Position numbers and translations under genes: made by a program. A model generated the notes under the pieces. The model saw nothing but the letters and a program-made list of their open reading frames with translations. It was not told where the DNA came from and made no database searches. Positions 31,048-41,007 of a DNA stretch of 64,000 nucleotides are shown piece after piece (within the stretch, counting starts at the first letter, position 1; each line of letters begins with the position of its first letter). The DNA lies in contig OY762654.1 in NCBI GenBank assembly GCA_963666205.1, positions 2,272,001 to 2,336,000 of the forward strand, written 5' to 3'. The stretch is from Synergistales bacterium. GTDB lineage: Bacteria; Synergistota; Synergistia; Synergistales; JAFGMB01.

Positions 31048-32298
31048 ATGGTCACAAAATTCAACACTACAGCAGCTCCGTGGAAGTCTGAAAAATGGTA
31101 CACCAGCCCCTGGAATTTTGTAGGGGAAGTAAGGGATCAGATGAACTTTTCCAAGAATATCCAGTTTCATGATGTTTCTTTAAGGGATGGAGAGCAGCAG
31201 GCTGGTCTTATTTTTACCAAAGACCAGAAGGTAGCTCTTGCTGAAAAGCTTGCGGAGTTGGGCATCCACAGGATCGAGGCAGGAATGCCTGTTGTTTCGG
31301 AACAGGATGCGGAAGCAATAAAGGAGATACTCAAGAGGAATCTTGGCCCTCAGATCTTCTCTTTTGCCAGATGTATGAAAGAGGATGTACAGAGGTCAGT
31401 CGATCTAGGTGTCAAGAATATAGTAATGGAAGTACCGGCCAGTGATCATATTCTGAAATATGCCTATAAGTGGGAATATGAAAAGGCCATTGAAGTATCC
31501 ATTGAAGCTACTCTTTATGCCAGGGAAAACGGCATGTATGTGTCATTCTTCACCATTGATGGCACCAGGGCCGATATGAACGATTACCTTAACATTGTCG
31601 AGAGAGTAGCGACAGAAGGACATATGGATGAACTCACAGTTGTTGATACATTTGGTGGTTTGAATCCTCATTCTGTACCTTATCTGATAAAGAAGGTAAA
31701 AGAGAAGATTTCTGATAAGCCTATCGGTATACATTTCCATGATGATTTTGGTCTCGGCGGGGCTACTACGATCATGGGGCTAGCAGCAGGAGCAGACATT
31801 GCCCATACTTCTATTTCAGGAATAGGTGAGCGTTCTGGAAATGCTCCTTATGAGGATGTAGCCCTTTCTCTTCTTACCATGTATGGAGTTGATACAGGTC
31901 TTAATTATGAAAAGATCTATCCCCTCTCCAAATATCTCAGAGACATTTCAGGACTTCATGTACGGCAGAACAGAGGTATCGTTGGAGATAACGTAGCGGA
32001 TATCGAGTCTGGGATAGTTGCGGCCTGGTACAAGAATGTGGAAGGGATCGCACCACTTGAACTTTCTCCATATCTGTATGATCTCGTAGGACACCCTGAT
32101 ACTCAGGTTGTGATCGGAAAGATGAGCGGTATTCCAACAGTTGAGATCTATATGGACAAACTTGGAATGGCAACTGAAGACAAGGATCTGAAAATGGAAA
32201 TAGTCAAGAGGGTAAAGGACAAGGCTTTTGAGAAATATGGTCTTCTTACTCTAGAGGAGTTTGGGGAAATAGCAAAGACTGTGTTGGATAGAGGATAG
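31048..32298 (+). CDS. DRE-TIM metallolyase (pyruvate carboxyltransferase / homocitrate-isopropylmalate synthase-like)
   Basis: DVSLRDGEQ, IEAG, HFHDDFG, GIGERSGNA, VIGKMSG. Confidence 0.88.
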   Translation: MVTKFNTTAAPWKSEKWYTSPWNFVGEVRDQMNFSKNIQFHDVSLRDGEQQAGLIFTKDQKVALAEKLAELGIHRIEAGMPVVSEQDAEAIKEILKRNLGPQIFSFARCMKEDVQRSVDLGVKNIVMEVPASDHILKYAYKWEYEKAIEVSIEATLYARENGMYVSFFTIDGTRADMNDYLNIVERVATEGHMDELTVVDTFGGLNPHSVPYLIKKVKEKISDKPIGIHFHDDFGLGGATTIMGLAAGADIAHTSISGIGERSGNAPYEDVALSLLTMYGVDTGLNYEKIYPLSKYLRDISGLHVRQNRGIVGDNVADIESGIVAAWYKNVEGIAPLELSPYLYDLVGHPDTQVVIGKMSGIPTVEIYMDKLGMATEDKDLKMEIVKRVKDKAFEKYGLLTLEEFGEIAKTVLDRG

Positions 32299-32436
32299 CC
32301 GGGAAAATTGCCCTGGAAAGCGTCTTATCCCGGCTAATTTATGAAACAGTTCATCCTAATCTAAATGAATGCGGGAAAAAATGCAAGATATGGTAACTGA
32401 TTAGAGTTCATACTAAAACTGTGGAGGTGTAACGGA

Positions 32437-33465
32437 ATGAGAGGAAGATCTTTAGTATTAAGGGTTGCATTTGTTCTGTTGATCGGTCTGCTTGCTTTTT
32501 CAATGGTAGGAAGAGTAGAGGCAGCAAAAAAACCGATAGTAGTAAAGTTCGCCCATAATGGGAATACCATTCCTGAGGATCCACAAAATGTAGCCTGTTA
32601 CAAGTTCAAAGAGATGGTGGAGGAAAAATCCAACGGAGAACTTAAGGTAGATATTTACCCTGCTGCCCAGCTGGGTGATGCAAGAACAATCGTCGAAGGA
32701 GTTCAGATGGGTAGCATCGAAATGGCAGATATCGAAAATGGCCCCATGGGCAGGTTTGTCCCTGAAGCCATGCTTTGGGATTTGCCTTTCATTTTCAGAG
32801 ATATTGATCATGCCCATAAAGTTCTGGATGGGGATGTAGGCAAGTATGTCCAGAAAAAATATATTGCGGTCGGGATAAGACACCTGGCATTTAATGATGG
32901 AGGATTCAGGTACTTTACAAATAACGTGAGACCTATAAATAAAATGGCTGACATTGAGGGCCTGAAGATCAGGGTAATGGAAAGCAAGGTAATGATAGAT
33001 ACTATTAATGCCTTTGGTTCCTCTGCTGTTCCCATGGCTTTTGGAGAACTTTACACTGCTCTTCAACAGGGAGTTGTTGACGGACAGGAAAATCCGATGA
33101 ATCTTATTTACAGCCAGAAATTTTATGAGGTTCAGAAATATCTTTCAAGAAGTGGCCATTTCTATTACCCTCGACAGTACATCGCTTCTGAAAACTGGTG
33201 GAATACCCTGAGTGATGAACACAAGCAGATCCTTGCAGAATGTTCAGTTACAGCTTGTAATATCCAGAGAGAAGAACTTGTTGCATATGAAGTTAAAATG
33301 ATGACAGTCCTGAGAGAAAAGGGCATGGAGATCAATGAAGTCGATAAGTCTGATTTTATAAAAGCTGCCCAGTCAAAAATCTATCCGTCTTATTACGAGG
33401 TTGTTGGCGGTGGAGATGAAGCATACGGTAAGGAGCTTGTCCAAAGGGTAGTTGATACCAAGTAG
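32437..33465 (+). CDS. dctP: TRAP transporter substrate-binding protein
   Basis: Signal peptide; YPAAQLG, DLPFIF, GFR, GLKIRV, ELYTALQQGVVDGQENP. Confidence 0.93.
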   Translation: MRGRSLVLRVAFVLLIGLLAFSMVGRVEAAKKPIVVKFAHNGNTIPEDPQNVACYKFKEMVEEKSNGELKVDIYPAAQLGDARTIVEGVQMGSIEMADIENGPMGRFVPEAMLWDLPFIFRDIDHAHKVLDGDVGKYVQKKYIAVGIRHLAFNDGGFRYFTNNVRPINKMADIEGLKIRVMESKVMIDTINAFGSSAVPMAFGELYTALQQGVVDGQENPMNLIYSQKFYEVQKYLSRSGHFYYPRQYIASENWWNTLSDEHKQILAECSVTACNIQREELVAYEVKMMTVLREKGMEINEVDKSDFIKAAQSKIYPSYYEVVGGGDEAYGKELVQRVVDTK

Positions 33466-33480
33466 CAGGGTAAATAAATT

Positions 33481-33519
33481 AAATCAGGGGAGAAAGATGA
33501 AACCCTTCTCCCCTGATTT
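33481..33519 (+). terminator. Intercistronic stem-loop between dctP and dctQ
   Basis: AAATCAGGGGAGAA ... TTCTCCCCTGATTT; position typical of mRNA-stabilising or partial-terminator hairpins. Confidence 0.65.
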
Positions 33520-33596
33520 GAATTTTATCTGAAATATTGTTCTCGTAGCGTTTTATGGAAACAGAACACTTGTTAATATGTCTGGGGATGAAATTA

Positions 33597-34094
33597 ATGG
33601 CTTATTCAGAAAAAAAGAGCCTTTTCGAAAAGTTCAACACAATTGTAAAATGGTTTTTAGCCATTCTCATGATGATTATTGCAACTTTAACATTTTACCA
33701 GGTTGTTATGAGATATGTGTTCAACAATGCTCCATCATGGAGTGAAGAAATGGTACGTTTCATGTTTGTATGGTCGAGCTTCATTGCTGCTGCTATAGGT
33801 ATTAAAGAACATATTCATATAGGAGTGGATGTGTTTGTAAACCTTTTGCCTAAGTCGGTTGCTCGAATTGTTCAAATTGGCGTTAATCTTATAATTATCA
33901 TTTTTGCAGGATACATGATCAAGTATGGTTTGGCGGTAACAGTTATGACTCAAAGACAACCCTCTCCGGCTCTGGGGCTTCCGATGAGTTGGGTATACAG
34001 TTCTATCCCAGTTATGGGTGTTCTTCTAATTCTATATTGTGTAATGGAAATTGTGTATGGTTTCCAGAAAGTACGCGCTGAAGGGGAGGCATAA
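33597..34094 (+). CDS. dctQ: TRAP transporter small permease
   Basis: QVVMRY, WSEE, HIGVD, SPALG; 4 TM helices. Confidence 0.92.
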   Translation: MAYSEKKSLFEKFNTIVKWFLAILMMIIATLTFYQVVMRYVFNNAPSWSEEMVRFMFVWSSFIAAAIGIKEHIHIGVDVFVNLLPKSVARIVQIGVNLIIIIFAGYMIKYGLAVTVMTQRQPSPALGLPMSWVYSSIPVMGVLLILYCVMEIVYGFQKVRAEGEA

Positions 34095-34097
34095 GGC

Positions 34098-35372
34098 ATG
34101 CTTGCAGCTTTGGTAATAACTCTTGTTGTTTGCTTTGTTACAAATGTACCAATAGGTTTTGCTCTTGGAATTGCTGCACTTGCCAGTTTATTAGCATCTG
34201 GAACAATGCCCATTTCAATGATACCCCAGAGGATGGTAGCGGGTGCGAATTCTTTCCCACTACTCGCAATTCCTTTTTTTATGCTGGCAGGAGCTATCAT
34301 GGAAAGAGGAGGCGTTTCTAAAAGGATAGTTGATTTAGCGAGTTCTATAGTAGGACACATCAGTGGAGGTCTCGCTGCAGTTTCTATAGTTGCCTGTACT
34401 TTTTTTGCAGCTATCTCAGGTTCAACGCCGGCAACAGCAGCAGCTGTTGGTGGTTTGACCATCCCAGAAATGGAAAAACGAGGATACGATCGTAGTTATG
34501 CTTCAGCCGTTGTAGCTGCAGCATCTTGTCTTGGGGTAATCATTCCACCGAGTATTACTATGGTTATTTTTGGCATAGTGGCTAATGTTTCAGTAGGTCA
34601 ATTATTGATAGGTGGAATAATTCCCGGATTATTTCTGTCTTTCCTCTTGATTGTTGTAAATCTGATTCGTTCAAGGCAGCTGGGTTATCCTACTGAAAGA
34701 AAAAGGACCTGGAAGGAGAGGCGTAGTTCTTTCGCTGAAGCCATCTGGGGATTGATGATGCCTATCATAATACTTGGAGGAATAATGACCGGCATCTTTA
34801 CTCCTACAGAATCTGCTGCAATAGCTGTTGTTTATGGTCTCTTCGTCAGTTTTTTTATTTACAAGGAACTGAGCGTAAAAGATCTGGTCCCGATTTTCTA
34901 CAAGGCTTCTTTGAATTCGGCAATGATTATGTTACTGATAGGAGCTGCAAGCCCTTTTGGTTGGATAATGACCGTTCAGCAGGTTCCACAAATGGCTTCA
35001 ACTGCTATTCTTGGTCTTTCAAGCAATCAGCATGTTATTTATGCTCTTATGCTTGTCATTTACCTGATGCTTGGAACTTTTATGGAAACCGGTGCAATTA
35101 TTCTCCTTGTTGTTCCTATTTTTGCACCTATTGCCACTCAGTTGGGAATTGATATGGTGCAATTCGGTGTTGTAACCGTTATCGCTCTTGCGATTGGAAT
35201 GGCAACTCCACCAGTTGGTATTGCCCTTTTTGCAACTTGTGGTATCGCTGATATTACCATCGGTCAAATCACATGGAAAATATTGCCCTTTCTATTTACT
35301 CTTATAGCAGGGCTTTTTATCCTGGCTTATGTTCCTGTATTATCGACATTCCTGCCAGATCTATTGTTCTAG
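34098..35372 (+). CDS. dctM: TRAP transporter large permease
   Basis: LLAIPFF, AISGS, IIPPS, FTPTES, TPPVG. Confidence 0.95.
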   Translation: MLAALVITLVVCFVTNVPIGFALGIAALASLLASGTMPISMIPQRMVAGANSFPLLAIPFFMLAGAIMERGGVSKRIVDLASSIVGHISGGLAAVSIVACTFFAAISGSTPATAAAVGGLTIPEMEKRGYDRSYASAVVAAASCLGVIIPPSITMVIFGIVANVSVGQLLIGGIIPGLFLSFLLIVVNLIRSRQLGYPTERKRTWKERRSSFAEAIWGLMMPIIILGGIMTGIFTPTESAAIAVVYGLFVSFFIYKELSVKDLVPIFYKASLNSAMIMLLIGAASPFGWIMTVQQVPQMASTAILGLSSNQHVIYALMLVIYLMLGTFMETGAIILLVVPIFAPIATQLGIDMVQFGVVTVIALAIGMATPPVGIALFATCGIADITIGQITWKILPFLFTLIAGLFILAYVPVLSTFLPDLLF

Positions 35373-35485
35373 TTTTTTCTAGTTTCCATTAGGTAAATGT
35401 TGTTCTGATTCAGATTTAAAAAACGTCAATTTTGCATCTCTGACATTATACGTCCTGATATCTTTCTGGACATGGTCTTCTTGCG

Positions 35486-35516
35486 ATTTATGCCTCTTTG
35501 TTAAGAGGCATAAATC
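35486..35516 (+). terminator. Terminator hairpin after dctM
   Basis: GATTTATGCCTCTT-TGTT-AAGAGGCATAAATC. Confidence 0.65.
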
Positions 35517-35713
35517 CTGTTTTTATAAAAGGGTCATGACTATAACCTATAATTTCCCCAAAGATTGTAAGAACCAGCTTACCGAAGTCCTGCACTCGAT
35601 TATTAAATTTAAACTCCCATTTTTTATAGTTTGAATTCGAATCATATTATCCTCAGTTTTATTCTGTTGGAGATAGATTTTCATATGAGCTGGCGGGATG
35701 CAGGTAAAAAATA

Positions 35714-35900
35714 TCACTGAACTTGGAATATTCCCATAATGCCCAGATGATCATGTTCCAGAATATGACAGTGATAAACTACTCTATCTAGGTGAAGGAA
35801 CCTGGCTGTAAACATGAGTGTTTCACCAGAATACACCAGTACAGTATCTGAAACTGGACGCCATTCATACGGAAAGGATGGGCCATGATAATTTCCATAT
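35714..35900 (-). pseudogene. Multicopper oxidase C-terminal remnant
   Basis: Only the DTVLV...VYHCHILEHDHLGIMGIFQV copper-binding signature remains; no upstream domains. Confidence 0.75.
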
Positions 35901-36604
35901 CTCTTTCCATCATACGCCCCATAAAGTATCCTCTCATTGATCCTCTTTCCTCTTGTAGCCTTGATCACTGGTCCCGGATAATCTTTGTTGTAACCGTATA
36001 TCTCAGTACTTGTACCTTCAAAAAAAGAATGGTGGTATTTATTTACATTAATGTAAAAAATAAAGATATCAGAGGAGGGGATCCGTGTCTTTCAACAACT
36101 CTGAAATCTCCAGGTGATTTCTTTTAATTGGAAAAGAATTAATATTCTCGAAAGGAATTTTCCCTTTCAGAGTCTGAATGGGGTGGGCAAAAATCATATA
36201 GAAAGAACAGGAATAAAGGAAATAGATGTATCTTAATCACTCTTCTCATCACCAGGTTTCTCCTTATCCTTAATGACTTTAAGAAGCATGTGGATGTGTG
36301 ATTGCGCTAGGGTAGATGGATCAGAAATTTATAAACCTTAGGCAGTGAATGGAATAACCCAGTATATATTTATCAATATCATTCTAACAGGACATCATTC
36401 TAAAAAAATATTACCTATAGATCTCTTGTCTGTAAGACCCGTACTGAATAGTCCAACAGGCCTGTCCAGTACGGGACTTTGTGCCTTGAAAAATAGTTCA
36501 TTCACTCCTTGATAGAAATATCTACTCTCGTATATTGTATTTAGGTAGAGAAAAGTCCATCTACTATTCTTCATTACATATATTTTTTCAGGAGGCAGAA
36601 AGAT

Positions 36605-37390
36605 ATGAAAAAGGTTTTTTCATCCCGGGAAAGGGGTTTTACCCTCGTAGAAATCCTGGTAGTGATAGTAATAGCTGGGATACTGTCAGGCAGTTTAGTG
36701 CTGGCAATGGGCAAGGCTGATGTTAAACCCAAGGCATCAAAGATCATCAGTGATATCAGAACGGTCAAGGCAGGAGCACTGATGTATGTCCTGGATAATG
36801 GAAGAAGCATTAATGGCGGTGCAGACATAAGCGTTCTTCAACCTTATGCCAGTCCGGAGATACTGAATAATGAAGATGTAACATACAGCTTTGTGACCAT
36901 TGAGGGACAGACCTATCTTAAGGTGAACCTGAGCGCCGTTGAAGATGAAGTTAAGGAAAAAATAGCAGAGATGATTGATGGAAACGAATTCTATCAACCT
37001 CAGGCCTCTCTTCATCTTTACAGAGAATTGATGAATCTTGCTTTTGATTCGAGAAATAACGTTATTTCTTTTTTTGCAGCTAAACCTGCTTATGCAGGTA
37101 ACAACGGTAACAACGGTAACAATGGTAACAATGGTAACAATGGTAACAACGGTAACAACGGTAACAACGGTAACAATGGTAACAATGGTAACACCAACGA
37201 TAATACTGGCAATAATCAAGATAATAATCAAGATAATAATCAAGACAATGGAAACAATATCGGTATTACTTTTAATGATAACGTCGATACCGAAAATGGA
37301 GATTATGAATTATCAGAAGAAAATGATGATGTGAAAGATACAGAATTAGAAAACTACAATGGTGGGGATATCATCCTTATCAGGATCTGA
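36605..37390 (+). CDS. Type IV pilin-like (prepilin N-methylation) protein with Asn-rich insertion
   Basis: RG|FTLVEILVVIVIAGIL prepilin site; KIISDIRTVKAGALMY; GGAGG RBS. Confidence 0.88.
   Translation: MKKVFSSRERGFTLVEILVVIVIAGILSGSLVLAMGKADVKPKASKIISDIRTVKAGALMYVLDNGRSINGGADISVLQPYASPEILNNEDVTYSFVTIEGQTYLKVNLSAVEDEVKEKIAEMIDGNEFYQPQASLHLYRELMNLAFDSRNNVISFFAAKPAYAGNNGNNGNNGNNGNNGNNGNNGNNGNNGNNGNTNDNTGNNQDNNQDNNQDNGNNIGITFNDNVDTENGDYELSEENDDVKDTELENYNGGDIILIRI
37097..37192 (+). repeat. 9-bp tandem repeat GGTAACAAY, 10 full units plus 6 nt, encoding (GNN)n
   Basis: Read directly from the sequence. Confidence 0.97.
37211..37246 (+). repeat. 12-bp tandem repeat AATAATCAAGAY x3, encoding NNQD
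   Basis: Read directly from the sequence. Confidence 0.95.
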
Positions 37391-37427
37391 AGGAAGATAT
37401 CTTAACCAGTAATAAATATGAAATATT

Positions 37428-37456
37428 GAGCCGGCGGTATATCTGCCGGCTCTTTC
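37428..37456 (+). terminator. Terminator after the pilin gene
   Basis: GAGCCGGCGG-TATA-TCTGCCGGCTC followed by TTT. Confidence 0.7.
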
Positions 37457-37459
37457 CTA

Positions 37460-38010
37460 TTGTTTTCTCCTTCTCTTCTAGGACTATCTGGAAGTAGTAT
37501 CAGCGTTTTCGAGGGGGTTCTTAATGGAACATGCAACTTAATTATGGATCTTCTCCAGAATGGGGAAGAATTTGAGGAGGCTCTAAGAAGGTTCAGCAGA
37601 GGGGATATGCAGAAGTCGATCCTTCCATGGATATTGATGGAATAGATACTGCTCTTAAGGCAATGATACTTTCTCAGGTTCTTATGAATTCTCCTGTTCC
37701 GGATATTGGTGCCATGGAGGTAAAGGGGATATCAGATCTTGATCCTGTATATATTAACAGCGCAAGGGATAAAAATGAACGGATCCGTCTTATCGCCAAG
37801 GGCGAAAGGATGAATGGTGATATCCGGATATCAGTGAAACCGATATCTCTTGCACCTGATCATCCTCTGTATTATCTTCCAGGAGCAGTCAACGGGATCA
37901 TTCTGTCTTACGATGTCCTTGATTCAATTTGTCTTACCGGTGCACGTACTGGTTCAAGGGAAACAGGTTTTGCTCTGCTTCATGATCTGCTATCCTTGTG
38001 GGGGGTAGAA
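37460..38010 (+). pseudogene. hom: Homoserine dehydrogenase remnant (N-terminal domain missing, frameshifted)
   Basis: FEGVLNGTCNLI...FEEAL / KVQQRGYAEVDPSMDIDGIDTALK...HPL...G..NGI...GARTGSRETGFALLHD; 1-nt frameshift near 37586; no NAD-binding domain. Confidence 0.82.
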
Positions 38011-38061
38011 TTTAAGATTCTCCAGTTCTGCTTTTTCTTTAAAATGAGGAGGTTCCCGCAT

Positions 38062-39111
38062 TTGATCGTTCAAAAATATGGAGGTTCTTCTCTTTCATGT
38101 TCCGAAAAGATTCTTAAAGTGGCTGAAAGAATAGTATATGATCTTTCTTCCCATGGAAAAATGGTAGTAGTAGTTTCTGCTATGGGAGATACCACAGATT
38201 ATCTTCTTGATCTTGCTGAACTGGTTTCTGAAAAACCTCTTTCCCGGGAAGTAGATGTTCTTCTTTCAACGGGAGAGCAGATATCAGCCTCACTTCTGGC
38301 CATGGCTCTGGGCACAAAGGGGATATGTGCAAGATCTTTCAATGCTTTCCAGCTTGGAATCATTACGGATGATCATCATGGAAATGCCCGTATAATCTCT
38401 ATAGATAAGGGGAAAATCGAAGAATCTTTTAAAGATAATGATGTACTTGTCGTAACCGGCTTTCAGGGTATTAACTCCCTTGGTGATATAACGACCCTCG
38501 GCAGGGGGGGGTCTGATATTACTGCTGTAGCCATAGCTTCCTGCTGTAACTGCCCCTGTGAAATATACAGTGATGTGGCTGGTATATATACCTGCGATCC
38601 CGGATTGATACCTGGAGCTAAAAAACTGGAATTTATAACGTATGACCATATGCTTATTCTGGCCATGGCTGGTGCTGAAGTTCTTAATCCTGTTGCCGTA
38701 GAAAAAGCAAAAAATGATGGGGTTCCTCTCTATTGTGGCTCCACTTTCTCAGACGAAAAAGGAACGAGAGTGGTGGATTCCTTTCCTGATGAAATGGAAC
38801 TTCAGGATGTTATCGGTATTGCAACTGAAATAGTAGATGGGAAACTTTTTCACACGAAAGTGGGGGCTGATTATCCGGAATTTTCTCTCTCCAATTCTTT
38901 TTTCAGTGGTCCTTTGACAAGGATAACTGCAGTGGGAAATAGGAGAGATCATGAAGCTTTGGGAAACCATGTTCTTTTGTCCCTCAATATGGCAGGGATA
39001 CACCTTTTTGAAGCCAGTGTTAATCCTGGTAATTTTTCAGCTTTGATAAGTACAGAGGACCGGAAACGTTCTGTTGAGGTTTTGGCTTTAGAATTTGGTT
39101 TGCTGAGATAG
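38062..39111 (+). CDS. lysC: Aspartate kinase
   Basis: TTG start behind AGGAGG; IVQKYGGSS, VVSAMGDTTD, LSTGEQ, TLGRGGSD, IYSDVAGIYTCDP; reduced ACT region. Confidence 0.88.
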   Translation: MIVQKYGGSSLSCSEKILKVAERIVYDLSSHGKMVVVVSAMGDTTDYLLDLAELVSEKPLSREVDVLLSTGEQISASLLAMALGTKGICARSFNAFQLGIITDDHHGNARIISIDKGKIEESFKDNDVLVVTGFQGINSLGDITTLGRGGSDITAVAIASCCNCPCEIYSDVAGIYTCDPGLIPGAKKLEFITYDHMLILAMAGAEVLNPVAVEKAKNDGVPLYCGSTFSDEKGTRVVDSFPDEMELQDVIGIATEIVDGKLFHTKVGADYPEFSLSNSFFSGPLTRITAVGNRRDHEALGNHVLLSLNMAGIHLFEASVNPGNFSALISTEDRKRSVEVLALEFGLLR

Positions 39112-39443
39112 GAACTTGTCGCAAATACAGATCCCTTTTCTGATTTGTAATCATGTGATTTTAGTAGAAGGGTTATTGAAGAGATGTTAATGATCCAGGG
39201 CTATAAGATAATTATGGAGGTTCCCTATGGTGAAATTACCCTTGAGGGATGAACATTCGGGCAGTTTTTCCACTTGTAGAGGGGTAACGGTTAAGGGTGG
39301 TATATGGTTGACTGGCATTACAGTTATTCTGGTTGAGATGAGCCACTGCATATGTCCTTTCCCAATAAATAGATGAAGAATGGATCTTCCTATCGGGGAC
39401 ATGCTGTTTTTCTAACAATGATTTTTATTTCAGGAGGTCCTCA

Positions 39444-39851
39444 ATGGCAAAAAAACAGTTTTTTTCTGACAGGGTACCAGAACCAAGAGGATGTTATTCA
39501 CAGGCAATTATTCTGGGAGATACCCTCTATTCATCCGGACAGTTGCCTGTAGATCCTGATTCGGGAAACCTGGTAAGGGGAAGTGTTTCGGAACAGACAA
39601 TACAGATAATGGAAAATCTGAAGGCTCTTCTGGAAGACGCCGGTTCTTCAATTGATAATATTGTAAAAACGACCATATTTCTGCGTGATGTATCTTTTTG
39701 GGAAGAAATAAACAGGGTTTATTCTGCATATTTCCAAGATAGGGTTCCGCCCGCAAGGACTGTCGTCAGTGGTATAGATATCCATTATGGACTCGATGTT
39801 GAGATGGAAGTAATCGCATATGTCCCTGATATCCAGGAAAAGGAGAAATGA
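39444..39851 (+). CDS. RidA/Rid family enamine-imine deaminase
   Basis: P.G.YSQA, YSSGQLP, VKTTIFL, PPART, VEMEVIA. Confidence 0.9.
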   Translation: MAKKQFFSDRVPEPRGCYSQAIILGDTLYSSGQLPVDPDSGNLVRGSVSEQTIQIMENLKALLEDAGSSIDNIVKTTIFLRDVSFWEEINRVYSAYFQDRVPPARTVVSGIDIHYGLDVEMEVIAYVPDIQEKEK

Positions 39852-39855
39852 TCCT

Positions 39856-41007
39856 TTGCTCTATTGCCCGAAGTGTTCCCGAAATTATCCTGAAAGCAGC
39901 CTTTTATGGAAGTGCAGTTGCGGTAGTTTCCTGATTTATAGACCTGAAAAAAAACGGTTACCTGACAAAAAAGATATATCTTCCAGGCCCAATGATATAT
40001 GGCGTTATAGAGAAGTTCTCCCCCTTTCCGGGGATGTGGACCCTGTTTCAATGGGAGAAGGGATGACCCCTCTGGTCTTATCATCATGGAAAGGAAAAGA
40101 TGTCCTCTTTAAACTTGATTATCTTTGTCCGACCGGTTCATATAAGGATCGGGGAGTATCATACCTTGTCAGCAAACTGAAAGAACTCGGGGTGGACAGA
40201 ATAATAGAGGACTCTTCCGGCAATGCCGGAGCTTCCATGGCAGCCTATTGTACCAGGGCTTCAATTGAATGCGAGATATTTGTTCCTGATTACACTTCTG
40301 CCGGTAAATGTCTTCAGATCGAAATGTATGGAGCAAAACTGCGCAGGATTCCCGGAACAAGGGAAGCTACGACAAGGGCGGCTGAAGCTGAGGCCGCAAA
40401 AATATATTATGCAAGCCATAACTGGAGTCCATACTTTGTACACGGAATCAAGACCTTTGCCTATGAGATATGGGAACAGATGGGTTGGAAGGTCCCTGAT
40501 AACATAGTTCTTCCAGCCGGTCAGGGCAGCCTTGTTATGGGGGCAAGGCTTGGTTTTCAGGAACTTATGGATTCAGGAAGGACAGAAAGATTACCAAGGA
40601 TCTTTGCTGTCCAGTCCGCAAACTGTGCTCCCCTCTATGAAGCCTTTAGGACGGGGCAGAATGATCCGATAAAGATCATTAAAAAGGAAACCATTGCTGA
40701 AGGAATAAGTTCTGCCGAACCAGTGAAAGGTGATATGGTCCTTTCTGATGTGAGAACCAGTAAAGGGCAGATCCTTAAAGCGGAAGAGAAGGATATATGG
40801 AACAGTTTTCTCCGGCTTTGTTCACTGGGTTTCTATGTTGAACCCACAAGTGCAATAGTGGGAGCAGCTCTTGAAGTTCTTTACGCTGCAGGTTCTATTT
40901 CTGAAAAACAAGTTACAGTAGCACTTCTGACGGGGTCCGGATTGAAGGCAACGGACAAAATACTTCATTACCGGGAGGAATTCACAGCCTGGTCCGGGGC
41001 CAGGTAG
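39856..41007 (+). CDS. thrC: Threonine synthase-like PLP enzyme
   Basis: N-terminal CxxC...CxC; MGEGMTPL, PTGSYKDRG, SSGNAG, VEPTSA, LTGSGLK. Confidence 0.85.
   Translation: MLYCPKCSRNYPESSLLWKCSCGSFLIYRPEKKRLPDKKDISSRPNDIWRYREVLPLSGDVDPVSMGEGMTPLVLSSWKGKDVLFKLDYLCPTGSYKDRGVSYLVSKLKELGVDRIIEDSSGNAGASMAAYCTRASIECEIFVPDYTSAGKCLQIEMYGAKLRRIPGTREATTRAAEAEAAKIYYASHNWSPYFVHGIKTFAYEIWEQMGWKVPDNIVLPAGQGSLVMGARLGFQELMDSGRTERLPRIFAVQSANCAPLYEAFRTGQNDPIKIIKKETIAEGISSAEPVKGDMVLSDVRTSKGQILKAEEKDIWNSFLRLCSLGFYVEPTSAIVGAALEVLYAAGSISEKQVTVALLTGSGLKATDKILHYREEFTAWSGAR

Noticed and set aside
37097-37246. Short repeats as a CRISPR array or mobile element; the alternative-frame ORFs over them
   Set aside because: No spacers and no cas genes; these are in-frame coding tandem repeats, and the other-frame ORFs are by-products of them.
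37627-39111. 494-aa Hom-aspartokinase fusion in the ORF track
   Set aside because: The Hom part is truncated and frameshifted, the linker looks non-coding, and lysC has its own RBS and start.
39170-39340. Possible T-box upstream of ridA-thrC (GGTGAAA and AAGGGTGGTA)
   Set aside because: The conserved ACC/GCG after UGGN, the antiterminator partner, the AG bulge and a terminator are all missing.
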